This document shows positions 13,421 to 26,883 of a stretch of DNA of 64,000 bases, in pieces. The notes under the pieces are model-generated. The model was not told where the DNA came from and ran no database searches. It saw only the letters and a list, made by a program, of their open reading frames with translations. Each line of letters starts with the position of its first letter. Within the stretch, counting starts at the first letter, position 1. Source of the DNA: Balanoglossus misakiensis. Taxonomy: Eukaryota; Animalia; Hemichordata. Made by a program: the position numbers and the translations under genes. Location: positions 13,484,304 through 13,548,303 of the forward strand of contig CM082578.2 of NCBI GenBank assembly GCA_040954595.2. Direction: 5' to 3'.

Positions 13421-16400
13421 CGAACGTTTTGGGGAATCGAATCAGAAAGTGGCCAAGTGCACTCAAGATTAAACTTTTGTTTAAACTTCAATTTCTCAAT
13501 GCAACGCCAATTGACTCCATGTACTCATGATGCTCTGCTACACCACTGAGGGCGCATCAGTGAACTGTAGTCTGGTCTCCTGCCACATTCCCACCAGACT
13601 ACAGTGAACTGTACATGTAAATAGCCTTGTAGCCGGATGTAGCATGAGCATCTAGAGTAACTCTGCGGCTGAAATCTAAAAAACGCAGATGTCAGTGCAA
13701 TGAATGATGTTATTATAAAACACTTTTAATAATAGTTTCTTCACACTGCAAAGTTCTCTCTTTTCTCACATCCAGAATTTAATTCACATAATATGAAAGA
13801 AGCCATACCCATTGCAGCTACTATGCTTTTGATCGTTATTAGTTAGATTCATAGTGAATGGCGTTGATAAAAAATTCAAATCGGTCATCACGTCAAGTTG
13901 GATTAATTTTCTAACTGGTTTGATCAGTCAATCAGTATAGACGTTTGATTAAGAAGAGTGCTGTTGTGCATTCTCTACTTTAACTAAAACCTAGATTAGA
14001 ATTACCTCAGCTAAATTAAGTAACATATGTCTGCTGCTAAGAAAATGAAAAGTTCACGACTTGGGTCATTTTAATCAATATTATGGTACCCCAAAGTTCA
14101 AAAACACATACCATGGCTATTTTTATATTCAATAATGTCTAATTAGATTAGATGTGATACAATATTTGCTGCACGTTATTATGAGAATTCAACAAAAATG
14201 GCGCCAAATCACTTAAATCGACACGCCATGTTAAACTATTAATGGCACTCAAATTGCCTCAGGCACCTGCTCCGGAATGTACAAGCGGATCTCAGTAAAC
14301 TTGAACCTTGAGATTTGTCATGCACATAGCACCTGCACGCAAATCACCGGGCAAACACGTCAAGAGTTTTCAGGAAATTGTTTTCATTTAATCAAAGACT
14401 ACCAGCGAATTACAGGAAACATTACATAGAATATCGCACAAAAAGTGCTATTTAGAGGAAGGAGATTTTAATTAAAAGGTATTTTCAGTGTGATATACAA
14501 TTGTGCTTCTTTGACCCAGAAGCATTTTGATAAATTAGTTTGGCTACTGTATACATTTTATTACGAGTTGCACCCATAGGTTGAGCCACTAACCATCCAC
14601 CTCATCATATACATATATACATTCTCAGCTTGATCAGTTCACAATTAATTTGTACAAAATCAGGTGCATGGTCATCATCAAAACAAACACTATGGTTATG
14701 TTGCATTTTCTATTGACTTCGCCGTCTCTTTGAACACACTGGAAAGTTAAACACGGCAAAGTTTCAATGTGTCTAGTCTTTTTACAGGGCTATTCTAGGC
14801 TACTGAATTTGTCTTGAGATGAACCAGATCGTGTAGCCTTGTCTAGCCACCACTTTGTGGTAAAAATTTCGATAGATCTATGTTTCTGAATGATCTGAAT
14901 TCTGGACACCACTTCCTGTGACCTTCATGTCTTAAATGTACCGTGTGATATAACCAGGAATACAAAGTACGTGCAAACTCAAGCAGGGGATATCATTTCA
15001 AGGTTCATTAACTATATTAAACTACTTCAGAGGAGGAAAGGTCACTTTAGATGCAAATCCACTTTCACCTTAAGGGTGAATACAATCACGAGATAACATC
15101 GTTCGTTCTTAAAAGAACGATTCCCACTGTCAAGAGACATTATTTCCCTCCGAAATATCACTGACATTCAGCAGCAAATGAGTGGGTGTTGCAATACATA
15201 CTTACCACCCATGACGCACAGTTGATAAAAATTTGACATGGAATATTTTATGTGCTGAGTTGTTTTCCTGTTTCCTATTGCAAATACTTTTGATGTGTCT
15301 AGAACCTCCAGTTTATTGGTGTTGAGGCCTTTTTGCATGATTGAGGTGGCTAGTGACACTCAGATCCCTCTCTATTAGAATTGTTGCTCAGCATTTTGTG
15401 TGAGCACTTAATTTGACATGTATAAAGATGTGCTAATTTATGACGTGATGTATCTCACAAAACTGATTGTTATATTGCCATTGCAATAAAATTGGTTTGT
15501 TAAACAATACTGTCACATCAATAGCAATATGCATATTCTACCAGTGAATTTGCTGTTTATTGTCACTGGCTTTTGCTTTGACATATGCAATTCTACCATT
15601 ATCAACAGCTATCATCAAAGTCTCTGAATTTAAATTTTTAAATTAATGTGTAAAGGCCTTATTCTTGCTATGGAGATTATAACCGCTCACCTGCTTCTAA
15701 ACATTCTTTAGAAGAGCACGTACACAACTTTGCCTTTAAATAGAAACACAAAAAAATATCCATCATTGAAAAAGATTCATATGGGGAATGGCCTAAAGAC
15801 CATAGATGGGATTCTTACAACAAATAAAATGTTTCATTTGTCTTACTCTCAATGCAAAGTTAATGTGCTTAATACAGCTTCTGAGTGTATTATAAATATA
15901 TATTCATCCTCATTACTTCTTTCACCTTGGAATGTAAAAAATTTAACACCTACCCTGGCACTCAATTACAACATGAATCTCAGGAGTGTCTTTATAAAAA
16001 CAGAACTCGTTTCTCCATTTGCACGGGTAGTAGAATAATTGAACACGTATTTCAGGATGCAGTTCATTCTGCTTCAAGGACTAGGCAACAACTTTTCATC
16101 TTCATATCTCTTTGTTTGATTGACCTTCATATTGTGTCTGCCAGGGTGGATAACAGCTTGTATATCACATTTAGTTTTCTCTACAGCACACATGCACACA
16201 TGTTGTGTTAAAATATAGTATGCCAGATAAGCTTTAACTCTTGTTGATAGAACAGAACAGAGGTGCCAAATGATATATCAACAGAGACTGAAGTTAATTA
16301 CGATGGCACTTACTGTAAGCAAACTGATGTCAATAGAGACAATATAGGTTGGAAACTGGCATAAAAATTCATGTGTGACCAGTGTGTGTGTGTGAACGCG

Positions 16401-16874
16401 TGCATTGCTTGCGGTAACGTTCTAAAGCACCCTCATACAGCCAGTATATATAAACATATGATGTCTAGACTGCACATGCTGATACAAGAAATAAGGACAA
16501 ACCACAGCAATATCATTTACGTTCGATAGTAGTTTGTACATGCACTGTAGACACTTTGAGAAGGACACATTAGGCTGGAGGCTGGGTTAAATTCAAAAAC
16601 ACAGATTTAAATTTGTGGTTATGGACACATGCAGACTCAAACTATATATTCTTTTCTTGTAAAGCACAAATGCTGCTTATGAAATGCAATCATTGTACTA
16701 AGCCATGACATAATAAGTGTGTATACATGTTTACATTGATACATACAAAAAAACCATGTGTACCATTTTCACATCTGTTAATTTCTTTTCTACAGAGCCA
16801 TATTTAATTTGATTTCAAAACTGAAGCATAATAGTACTGATCACATAGATTTTGCTTTACACTGTTTTCTGCAG

Positions 16875-16894
16875 TGTGGTCAGATTCACAGGAT
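16875..16894 (+). other. Candidate 20-nt microexon
   Basis: tttgctttacactgttttctgcag|TGTGGTCAGATTCACAGGAT|gtgagt: a strong acceptor and a consensus donor 20 nt apart. Confidence 0.4.
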
Positions 16895-19800
16895 GTGAGT
16901 ATCATTAGTGTGAAAGTCTGGATATACATAAAAATAAGACTCGCCTGGTAGACTTATTTTACGAGAAATGTCCCCCACTAATGGTACGAAGAGAAACACG
17001 TGTAACTATAAAGGAGAAAAAAATTAATGTCCTTTTGGAATCAAGCCGCGCGTTACTCTAAATTAGGCAGAACCGACTAGACAGACCCTCAGGCACATCA
17101 CTGAATGCCACTTAGCCGATACCGCCATAACTCAAATTTAGGTTGTCGAACTAACTTGATGAAATGGAACTTGATGTGTGTTGTTTACAAGACCCACTTT
17201 CACAGTGAAATATCGACGAGTGCATTCTGTGCATATAGAGTCAGCTCAGTGCACCTCCATGCAGAGTTGGTTCATATACTTGCACCGGAACCATGAAACC
17301 ACAAGGAGTATTTTGACTGGTGAAAAACTATATTCAGTTTTGTGAGTCATAGCAATGATCGTAAATACCAATCGACAGACAGCAATGCCACGGGATTAGC
17401 TGTACATCTTGGAGAAAAAGGGGGATACATGCATGTCATCATTAGCAAGTTTTCACGAGAAAACGGCTTTTTAAGACTTACTAGTCTGTTGAACATAAAT
17501 CTCTCAACTACTGTCACATTCACAGACCTGGCAATGTTGTATATGTGCCAATCATAGATTGTGTCGAATCGGATCCGATAGGGATCAGTTATCTATATGT
17601 GCATATTTGTCAGCCATCTTTTTCCTTGAGGGTTCACTGAGAATACTTGCCAAGTGGGCACAAAAGCTTCTAACCAGTATGTCAATTTGCAAAGCCTTAA
17701 AAGCCAAATGCTCGCCATACACATTGCAAAAACTTAGTGAAAGAGGGCCATATAAGCTAAACCACAGTCCTTCTTGAGGGACTGTGGCTTTTCAAACTTG
17801 AAACACAAATGGAATCAGCAAATTTCACATTTATGTCAGACTTTGCTTTCACAAAATATCACAAATATTCATTTTACATTTTAGTTCCAGACAGCCATAA
17901 TGTTTATTACATAATGTTTACAGTTTATCGGTTTAAGTGATTTTATATTGACATTTGGATATTTAATCCAGATATTACTTAGGAGTGGCAGGCTATGGGT
18001 TATAAGTTAACAATACTAACTTAAAAGGCATTGTGAAGCAGAAATGGTATTTTATTGCATATGATATGTTCAGTAGTTCATCTACCGGTAGATATTCAGC
18101 ACTGCACAATCGTTTCTATGGAAACCTGTATTGGTTATGCCCTTTGTGACATATGAGTATGACTTCAGGGTCGAGAAATTGTGGCAACTCTGTGTAACTA
18201 TGACAACGACACATTTCAAAGAAAACATTCTGTCCATGAAAAAAGAACCGCGGGTCGATTTTGGTATGTTTCTATCCCATTGTTGCAGGATTACTTCGCA
18301 AAACACAATTGTTTAGTTGTTCATAACTCCAGTGTACTACAAGGCATGGCGTCATTGGATTTAGGAAGAAACTATCTATTGATAAGCTGCCTTATTTCTT
18401 TTGAGTATAGAAGAATGGTATATTTTTTCAACAGTGACTGGTTTGGAACAATACTGTGTGGGTGCCTTTGGATAAATCAGTCATTGGATACAACAACCTA
18501 TACAATTCAAGTGATACTGCTAATTCTTTTAAATAAAAATGAATTAAAACACTGCTACAGTGTTTGTTGCCATTTTGTTATGGTTACAAAAAGATAACAT
18601 TTTCCTCATATTGAAACATTTTACACAGTCACTGCTTTCCACCTTGAGAGGAGGAGTTTTATGTGCAGGTTGAAACTAATGTACCGGTACATTCAAACAA
18701 AGCAAATTGTTCTCACCCTTCTATGATATTTGTTTGGCCTCATCAAAAGAAAGTGTAGTGAACTACATCAAGATCATACCTTTTTCATTGACAAGAGCAT
18801 GAAAGTCAATGGTAAAATTTTTCAATATAATTATATGGTGAAGTGAGTTAGTCGAACCAGTGCCAAAATTGTATACACTGAAGTTAATAAACGTCTTTGG
18901 TTACAAGGAAGACTTCTGCTCGTGGCAATGTGTACCATTTATGCTAATCGAGGAAGCACAGAATCACATGACGCATGGAGCTTACATGGTTTCCCAGAGC
19001 AACTGTGTGACGTCAATCATTTCTAGGTTATTAGAACTGTTGCATCCACAACTATGGTTTTCTTCATCTTCAGTCGATTTTATCTTTTCAAAGAGAGGCG
19101 TCTGATGCCGCCAACGTGTTAAGGTCTACCTTTACCTTATAACCACCTTCGTTCTCCAAAGATCTCACCTATTACATTAGTATTTTTTTACTCTGATAAA
19201 TCAGTGGGGGAAGTCAGGTCAGCTTGTTATTTCCAAGACTGCAGAAAGTTCACAGAACACAGATATTAAGAACATGAATGGTGTAACACAGTTATGCCAT
19301 ATGGTGAACCATGCCACATGCATATCAGTTCATGTGTGTCGACAGATTTCTGAATGTGGAATATTTCAGTGCATTAGAAAATCATGTGCATCTTAAAACT
19401 GAGTAATTGTTAAAACCAATGTGTGTTGTAGTTTGCGTTCACAATAATATACCGTAGTGCAGCCTTCAAGGTTAATTTCAATATTGTGTCTCAGGACTAA
19501 ATCAATTCTCTCCATATCATCTATTCATGGTCATATTTATTCTAGACACTAAATGAGATTGATATGGAGACAAGTGACAAAGTTTAATGTTGTAGTTGGC
19601 CTTCACATTGATAGCAGACGTCGAACTAGAAACGACACTGATATCCAGAGAGGCAAATGTCAAGTGAAACGTATTATTAAGTGGATCTGTCCGTCAGACA
19701 TGCGCATTACTTCTAAACCCGAGGGAACTTTCAACAATCCCGCGGACTTGTTATTCTTCAAAGCATTGTCAAAGTGTATTATATTGATTCATGGATGGAA

Positions 19801-22800
19801 AGTAGTAATATCACTTTTGATTCTTGTAGACTTTGTGATTGTTCCGATTTGATTACACTCACAGTGTATCGTCAGATTAAATAGCATCTCATCACATACT
19901 ACCTTACTTGATCCATCAGGCGACACCCAAAGTAAATTGAGCCTCAGTGGTTCTTTCTTCTAATTATGATCAACTTGATCTATTGCCGTTACCATTCTAT
20001 GTCAAAACTTTCATCAAGTGAGAACTGATACTTCGGCAGCTGCACCGCTGAGACCTGCTACTGACAGGAAATCCTTGTACTGGGGCCATCACTACTCTTC
20101 AGAGGGGCGACAAGCAAGCCCATCATTCCATATGACACTGACAAGACACCGGAGATGTCCTGGATCGAATCAAATCTGGAAAAGCAACCTTAAATCATAA
20201 TTATGAAAAGAGTTAATCTGATGCAGGGTAGACTTTCAAATCTGGGTTTGGACCGAATGCTAGCTTCAAATAATCTACATGGAGGGAGGTTTAGCATTAC
20301 ATTGCCTGCCGATTAAATGTCACCAACAGTGTGGCTAACTAGGATTATGCTGTTCGATACATCCGGCGTGTCGTAAAAAGACGAGTCTTCTCCGTCCTAG
20401 AGAGGATTTGGACCATGGTAGTTCTGTTGAATCATCCTCGGGACTTGAAGGAAATTAAAGATTATTTGCTTTTGCATGGGAACTTGAGATAAAAAGTTGA
20501 AAGTTCTGACTTTAAAACTGTGATGGATTGGATTCTTTGTGATGTCTACATTTTCAGCAAAATATATATCACATAAACCGGTTACTGGTTATACAATTGT
20601 ATTCATCAAGATTTACATGCATACTCTTTGTCATCAAAGCTTTTACACATTGAATAGTCCATTTTTTTCTGTAATCCTAGAATGCAACGTGATGGCACTT
20701 GATGCCAGACTGGCTAAATCCATTTTTGAAAAGTGAAATTTCAGGAACGAGATCTTCGTTAAAATGGGCAAGGGGTGGGTACAGCCTGTTTATATTGCAG
20801 CTATACTTATGTAGAAGGGGGAAAGGAAAGGAATCATGGTTTGAGGGTTGATGCATAAAAAATATTTATCTTTTCTTGGAAAGTAAAACAATAGTCTATG
20901 CAACAATAATGTTCCTCAACGCGCATTATGGGTTTATTTTTACGTCATTTTCCCGCCTACACACAATCGTAAAGCAGTGCCCATTTTTCAACAGAGGTAA
21001 CAGCGAGTAATCTGAGACATTGTTTGATGGCAATCCAGGTTTTTTTAACCATGGTAACAACAAATCGAGTCCATAAGCTAGAACTAATCTTCAGGACTGA
21101 TTATTGCACAGACGCTATCTATCCCATGGATACTCTATAACTCTTTCCATATAGAGAATGTCAAAAATAAATACTTGATTGCAATAAATTCGAACACTGT
21201 CATGCACACGTATGTGGCCGGAGCTTCTGATAGAATGATTAAGAAAACCTTTCGAAATCTTCTTGAACAAGTCAGAGCTTGCCACAAAGCCCATTGTCTG
21301 TCCCCATCGGATGCCAATCCTGCAACAACCTTTTACCTTTTCTAACTCTGAGTCAATTTATTCTGACAATGGCTCCTGTACCACTGCAGGGCACTTGCAT
21401 GTACCCTGCTGCACGGTTAAAAGGGAATTGTTCATATCATGCGTGTCCCGATCTGCTAGTCGAGGTCAACATGGATACATTTCTACGGAAAGGAACACAA
21501 ACCTTTCCTGATCGAGAATATTTGGTAAACTAAAAATATTGGCCAGATTTTCTTGCCCCCAATATATAGATAATCACATGAGGAATTTCATTCTCCAAAT
21601 AAAATTTTATGCAATGTCTCCGGAGACTAGAAGAACACAACCCGTTCATACCCCTATAACTTTTTGTTGTAGCCATTAAGGAAGTTTAATAATGTCACAG
21701 AATTGTAAACATCGTTCTATCCATATTTTATGGTATACCGCGTGGTTGGTTGCCACAAATTGCAGGCATCACTGATTGAAAACCAGAAGACATAATCATT
21801 AAAGCCCCCGAGGGAAATATTGGTGAAGCTTTCAACAGAATCTGATTTGTTTTGTTTATTCTTTTAATGGTGTATTTAAAAATATTAAATCACCTGTGAT
21901 TGACAAGTGATTTACGAGAGCAGATGTAAAATGTCACCATCTTAATGCAATGACAAGCCTTTATCTTTACAATACTTTTTATCTTGACTGTGTTTTCTTG
22001 CCATATACAGTTCCATATAAACTGACAAAACAATGATGGTTGGCAGATGACCCAGAGCTTTGTAATAACTTCTATTTGTTTTGCTGTTGGCATCATTAAA
22101 CATTGCTCAATAATATATTCTTGGAGAAATGCTTCAAATTTTATAGCAAGAACTGTTAATACACGTGATGTGTGGACTGGTAAATATGAGGGCATGCAAG
22201 AGTGATGATTTTCAATCTATAGTGATTTGATTTAAATGCTGTTTTGTAAATTGACTAAGTGGTTTCTTGGTCTGGTACTGGTACATGACGTTGCCTTGAC
22301 TTCAAATCAGTTTATACACTGTAGTCGGACATCGTGGATACTTAACCCGATCATTAGCGCGATTAAGCCGCATCATTTGGTCGATCCACTTGGCCAACAG
22401 TGTATGAGAAGTTAATATCCGACAGGAAGGCTGGAACAACGTGGTCCGGAAGGGAAATGGAGAGATGAATACTTACAATAAATGCACGTCTGGTTATTGA
22501 CTACTGGTTAACGCTGGCTAGGAATTTTAAATGGGCAATGTTTTGTGGACTTACTGTTGCAACACAGCTAGCTGCGATCATGGATTATAGACTTAAAAAA
22601 TGTTGGGTATATCTCTGCTTATTATTTTGATAAACAGACTAACAGAGGAAAACAGAGCCAGTCAAACCGAATATCAACAAATACTTTCCTATACAGCAAA
22701 ACACATTTAGATTTTTTGCACCTTGCCAGAATGTATATGGGCGCTGTCACACTGATGCATGCTGGGACGTTTCGACATCTTCTGAGATAAGTGCTCCGTG

Positions 22801-23421
22801 TTTTGCCATCAGGTAGAGCGGTGTTTAGTAGAATTTCAGTCGAAAGCATCAGCTCACTTTGGACTCAGAATGAACCGCTATGTAGGTTGCTGCTGTTGAC
22901 GCATTGTATGTCATGATTTGAAGGTTTTAAATAATCGAGCCATCTTGACTTTCGCCATCCCTCCCATAGTTGTCATTTAACATTCAATTATGTAGAACTG
23001 GGTACAGGGATTGTTACTGCAGACGCAAATGTAAGTACATGTATCGTAGATAATTTCCCTTTTCATTATGCATTCAACATATGTGTATGTGAGGTCGGTC
23101 ATTCATGATTTCGCCAAAAGCACTCACTTAATTGTTCAATGTTTAGGCTGGTTGATCAAAATGAAAGAACGCAAGTCTCAGTTTTTATAGATTTTTATCT
23201 GCAGTGTTGTATATTGACTAATAGTTTATAACAGGAGGGAAAGGCATTGGGACGCCTAGAACACGTTCTCAGTACTGCACTGAATGAATTTAGACTATGC
23301 TTAAGTGAGTGAGGAATTTTTACACTAAGAATTTGCGCGCTATTCTCTTTTAAAAGCACAAACAGGTTGTTTTAATGTCCACTCAAACTGTTCGTGAAAA
23401 GATCAGAGAAGGACTAGGTGA

Positions 23422-23470
23422 TGGCATCAATCTTGTCACTAGTCCTGGCATCAATCTTGTCACTAGTCCT
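23422..23470. repeat. Perfect 24-bp tandem duplication (TGGCATCAATCTTGTCACTAGTCC x2)
   Basis: Directly visible. It is preceded by AGGACTAGGTGA, a near-inverted copy of TCACTAGTCCT. Confidence 0.9.
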
Positions 23471-26469
23471 TTCATCAAACCTCAACGATGTGTGAAAAAT
23501 TCACCTTATCAATGCGTAAAGATGAATGCACTGCCTCTGTCTGTCTGTCAATAGGCAGAGACTTCTCCTGTTTGTGTTTTCTCTTCTCTAAACCTTGTTT
23601 TTTTTAAATCATTTTGATCCATTATTATTTCATTGTGTTTCACTAAATGTGTTGTTCTTGCACATCCTTCACCGTGTTAATTCTTTCCAATTAACTATCA
23701 GGGACATTACAAATTACAGCCTGACGCGAATGATACTCATCCATCTTTTTAAGTCTTCATTTATTTCCAGCGCAAAATATCATCATACCCAAAATTGGAC
23801 CATAATTGTGAGATAAGTGAAAATATAATCCAGGGGGAGTGATAAGAAGTAAACACTACAAAGATTAGAAATGTATTTAAATATTCTGACTGAAAATACG
23901 TAATGCGATACTTGTTCATACATGTACAGGTACCTATAGGTTGATTCCTAGTTACATATAAATGTGTTCCCTTGATATACGTAAAAATTTCCGTGCAATT
24001 AAAGTGTAAAATACGAATGTGGGGATGGGATATAGATTATTTTCCATTGTGGTTATCGCAGACAATTCCGCACGCAACAAGTAAAATACAGAACTGTGTG
24101 CACCAAACCTAAATCGACTTTTATACACAAATTGCACATTGTCAACATGTGTGAATGAATTGCCCTTTCGTGTCTCACCGTTCAATTCACATTGAGGTGG
24201 ACAGGATAAAGGCAACTAATGCTTTCCATCGCAATTAAACGAGCATTACACCTCAAATAGTGAAAATCGTGCTGGGTCTTTACTGGTACTGCAAAGATTA
24301 TGCAGCAAAATGATTGTCATTGCCCTACCACTTCCCTTCCACTGATCCTATCTCACGTGGAAAGCAGTAATGAACTTGTATCAGTGTTTACCCTACATGT
24401 TCACCACGCCTGCTGTGTGTCACATGTATGGGGATTGTGGTAAGATTGGTTCAAGATTGCAAACAGAAAATCTAGAGGAATTAACTACAGTACAATTAAT
24501 AATTTGCCACGCTTCAATATTGATTTTGATCTTGAATGTGCAGTAACACACCGCAAATGAGGTGAATTATCAATTATGCTTCCTCTAGGTTTTCAAGGGA
24601 GACAGGAATACTGCAGGAGGAATTCACAGCGACTTGTGAACTCATTCTGGCGCTCAATGTGACGAGGTTTGTTTTCATGTCTCCAATTTAGTTTGAAGAT
24701 GTCGGTTTTGTTCTGTACCGCAATTTCGATAAAGGTCAACACGGCATTCATATAAACAGCATTTAGCAATATCACACAGCGAAATATTGAGTTAAATCAC
24801 CAATATCAATCCGGGTCAGTTGCCACAGCAACTCACCCAGTTATTGTTTGGAAACGCTTGCGGAGGTGAGATTAGCATAACTCTAGATAATACAGTCTGA
24901 CTTGGTTCTTTACTCCCATAATGTTTACTCTCTCAATATTCTACTGGGACTGTTTTTACTCTGTTTTACGACTTAGCAACTAGTTTTGTCGAAGCATTGT
25001 AGAGGCAATCAATTGCTAAGGTGACGACAACATTAATCCTGATCGTAAACTAAACTACTACTAAGTGATGGCCAGATGGAAAATATAGAGGTTTACTTAC
25101 GTCTGTGTCAATGTGGATATTTCCCAGTCTGTCACTGCATTTTTGTGTTATATTAAAACCATTTCGAAATAATAATAAGTTAATGGGAATTAGAAATCCA
25201 TCCTTGTATTTTGAAAATTAGGGTGAATTGATAAGGTATCTTTATATTAAGTATAAGACATGCATATCAAGGAATAAGTCTCGGCCTTGACAGTGTGATT
25301 ATTATGTTGTGTAAATGTTATTAGATTGACTGTTTTTGAGTAACACAAACCCAGATGCATAGTCTACTACTACTACGGAACATTTGTGATTTTATTCATC
25401 TGTGGATTACTCACTGTACATGTGCAGGTTTCATGTTATATTTCTAGCAAATCGAAGATAGCAAGAAGGTTTGTCTTCATGTTACATGTACATCTAAAGT
25501 GGAGATGATTACAATATCATATTCTAACCTTTGAAAATCACTATCATAAAATACTAATAAATACAATATTCTACTGATTTTACATTGAAATATGTCACCT
25601 TCTTGGTTAATCAATAATAAAGAATGCTTAAACTTAATAATTTGATGGACATTTAATTAATGTAAGGAAGAAATTTTGTCACAAATATGTGTAACTCTGC
25701 AATATTCGTAGATGTCTTCTCAATAAACTTATGTTGATTATGTAAATGCATTCATTTTCAAGGATACAATTCAGCACATTAGTAGCGATTGAATTTGGTT
25801 TAATTATAATTTTACTTTCATAGCTGATGGTGATTTGATTACAAAGTAATTGTGTATGTGTTCTTCCAGTACATAACAATTTTGTCCCCTCGACAGGGTG
25901 CTTGTTGTACAGTTATTCAGCATGAACGGATAATTTTTAAGTTACAAATCACACATTTGTAGTATAAATATATAAACAGTACCAAACTCTGTTGTGATTA
26001 ACACCTCACTGATAATTAGTTCACAAAGAATGAAGATGTGGACGTGGTAAAATTGTCCTTTTGTGGAAGGGGTGTGTGAAAAACTCAAAACCTAACAACA
26101 TCCACACAAAATTCACCAGTTGGAACTAATGCTTGTTGTCCGTTGATCAAATCTTGAGTTGGAGTGATTTGACCCTATCTCTGTCGGCTTGTTGACTCAC
26201 TGTCATTTTTCATTCATCGTTTAGCAATCTTTGTTATCTATAGGTCATTGTGTCAATGATGTGTGGCTATTAGCACAAGTAAAACTAATTACCCTTAACT
26301 ATTGGCTTACGAAGCTTGAATTTTCAATGCCGACTTCAGTCTGAGTGAGTCATGGTTACTATGAATAGAAGATTATGTTACGCACATTTACCAATTAAGG
26401 TGAATACCGTAGATCCATGACTACTCTTTGCCATTATCTTAAATATCCATGGTCTTCACTCTGATATAA

Positions 26470-26883
26470 CCTCTCGTGGTGCGTTCATGCATTTTATGAT
26501 TTCTTTTTCCCTGAAATGCACTTGCATGAATTAAAGCAGAATTATACGCAAAGCAAAAGGAACTTATTAGAATTAAAATTTCATTCAAGCGTAGGGAAAT
26601 AAACATTTAAGCTCACAACTTTATTTCTTCCGTGAAGGTTTAAGCGAAGGCAGCTAGTCCACTAATTGAATGCGTCCAACGCAATATTTGCAGAACATTT
26701 GGATTGTACACACGGGACTCTCGCGGTGCATGAGTTCAGGCGCGGTGAGTTTATGATTTCTCTTGCATGATTTAAAGTAGAAGTGTAAACGCAAATCAAT
26801 TGGAACTTACGAATTAAAATTTCATTGAAGCATAGGGAAATAAACAAAGCTCACTGTCACATCTATTTCCTCTGTGAAGGTTT
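26470..26883. repeat. Diverged direct duplication of about 170 bp (about 26470-26641 and 26718-26883)
   Basis: Both copies share, in the same order, CTCTCGyGGTGC, TTTATGATTTCT, CTTGCATGAwTTAAAG, GGAACTTA, GAATTAAAATTT, TAGGGAAATAAACA, AAGCTCAC and GTGAAGGTTT. Confidence 0.85.

Noticed and set aside
17762-17788. CCACAGTCC...GGACTGTGG hairpin as a terminator or Helitron 3' end
   Set aside because: Rho-independent terminators do not apply in this genome, and no CTRR end follows at the expected distance.
23410-23470. Short direct repeats as a possible CRISPR array
   Set aside because: Only two adjacent copies with no spacer, in a eukaryotic context with no cas genes.
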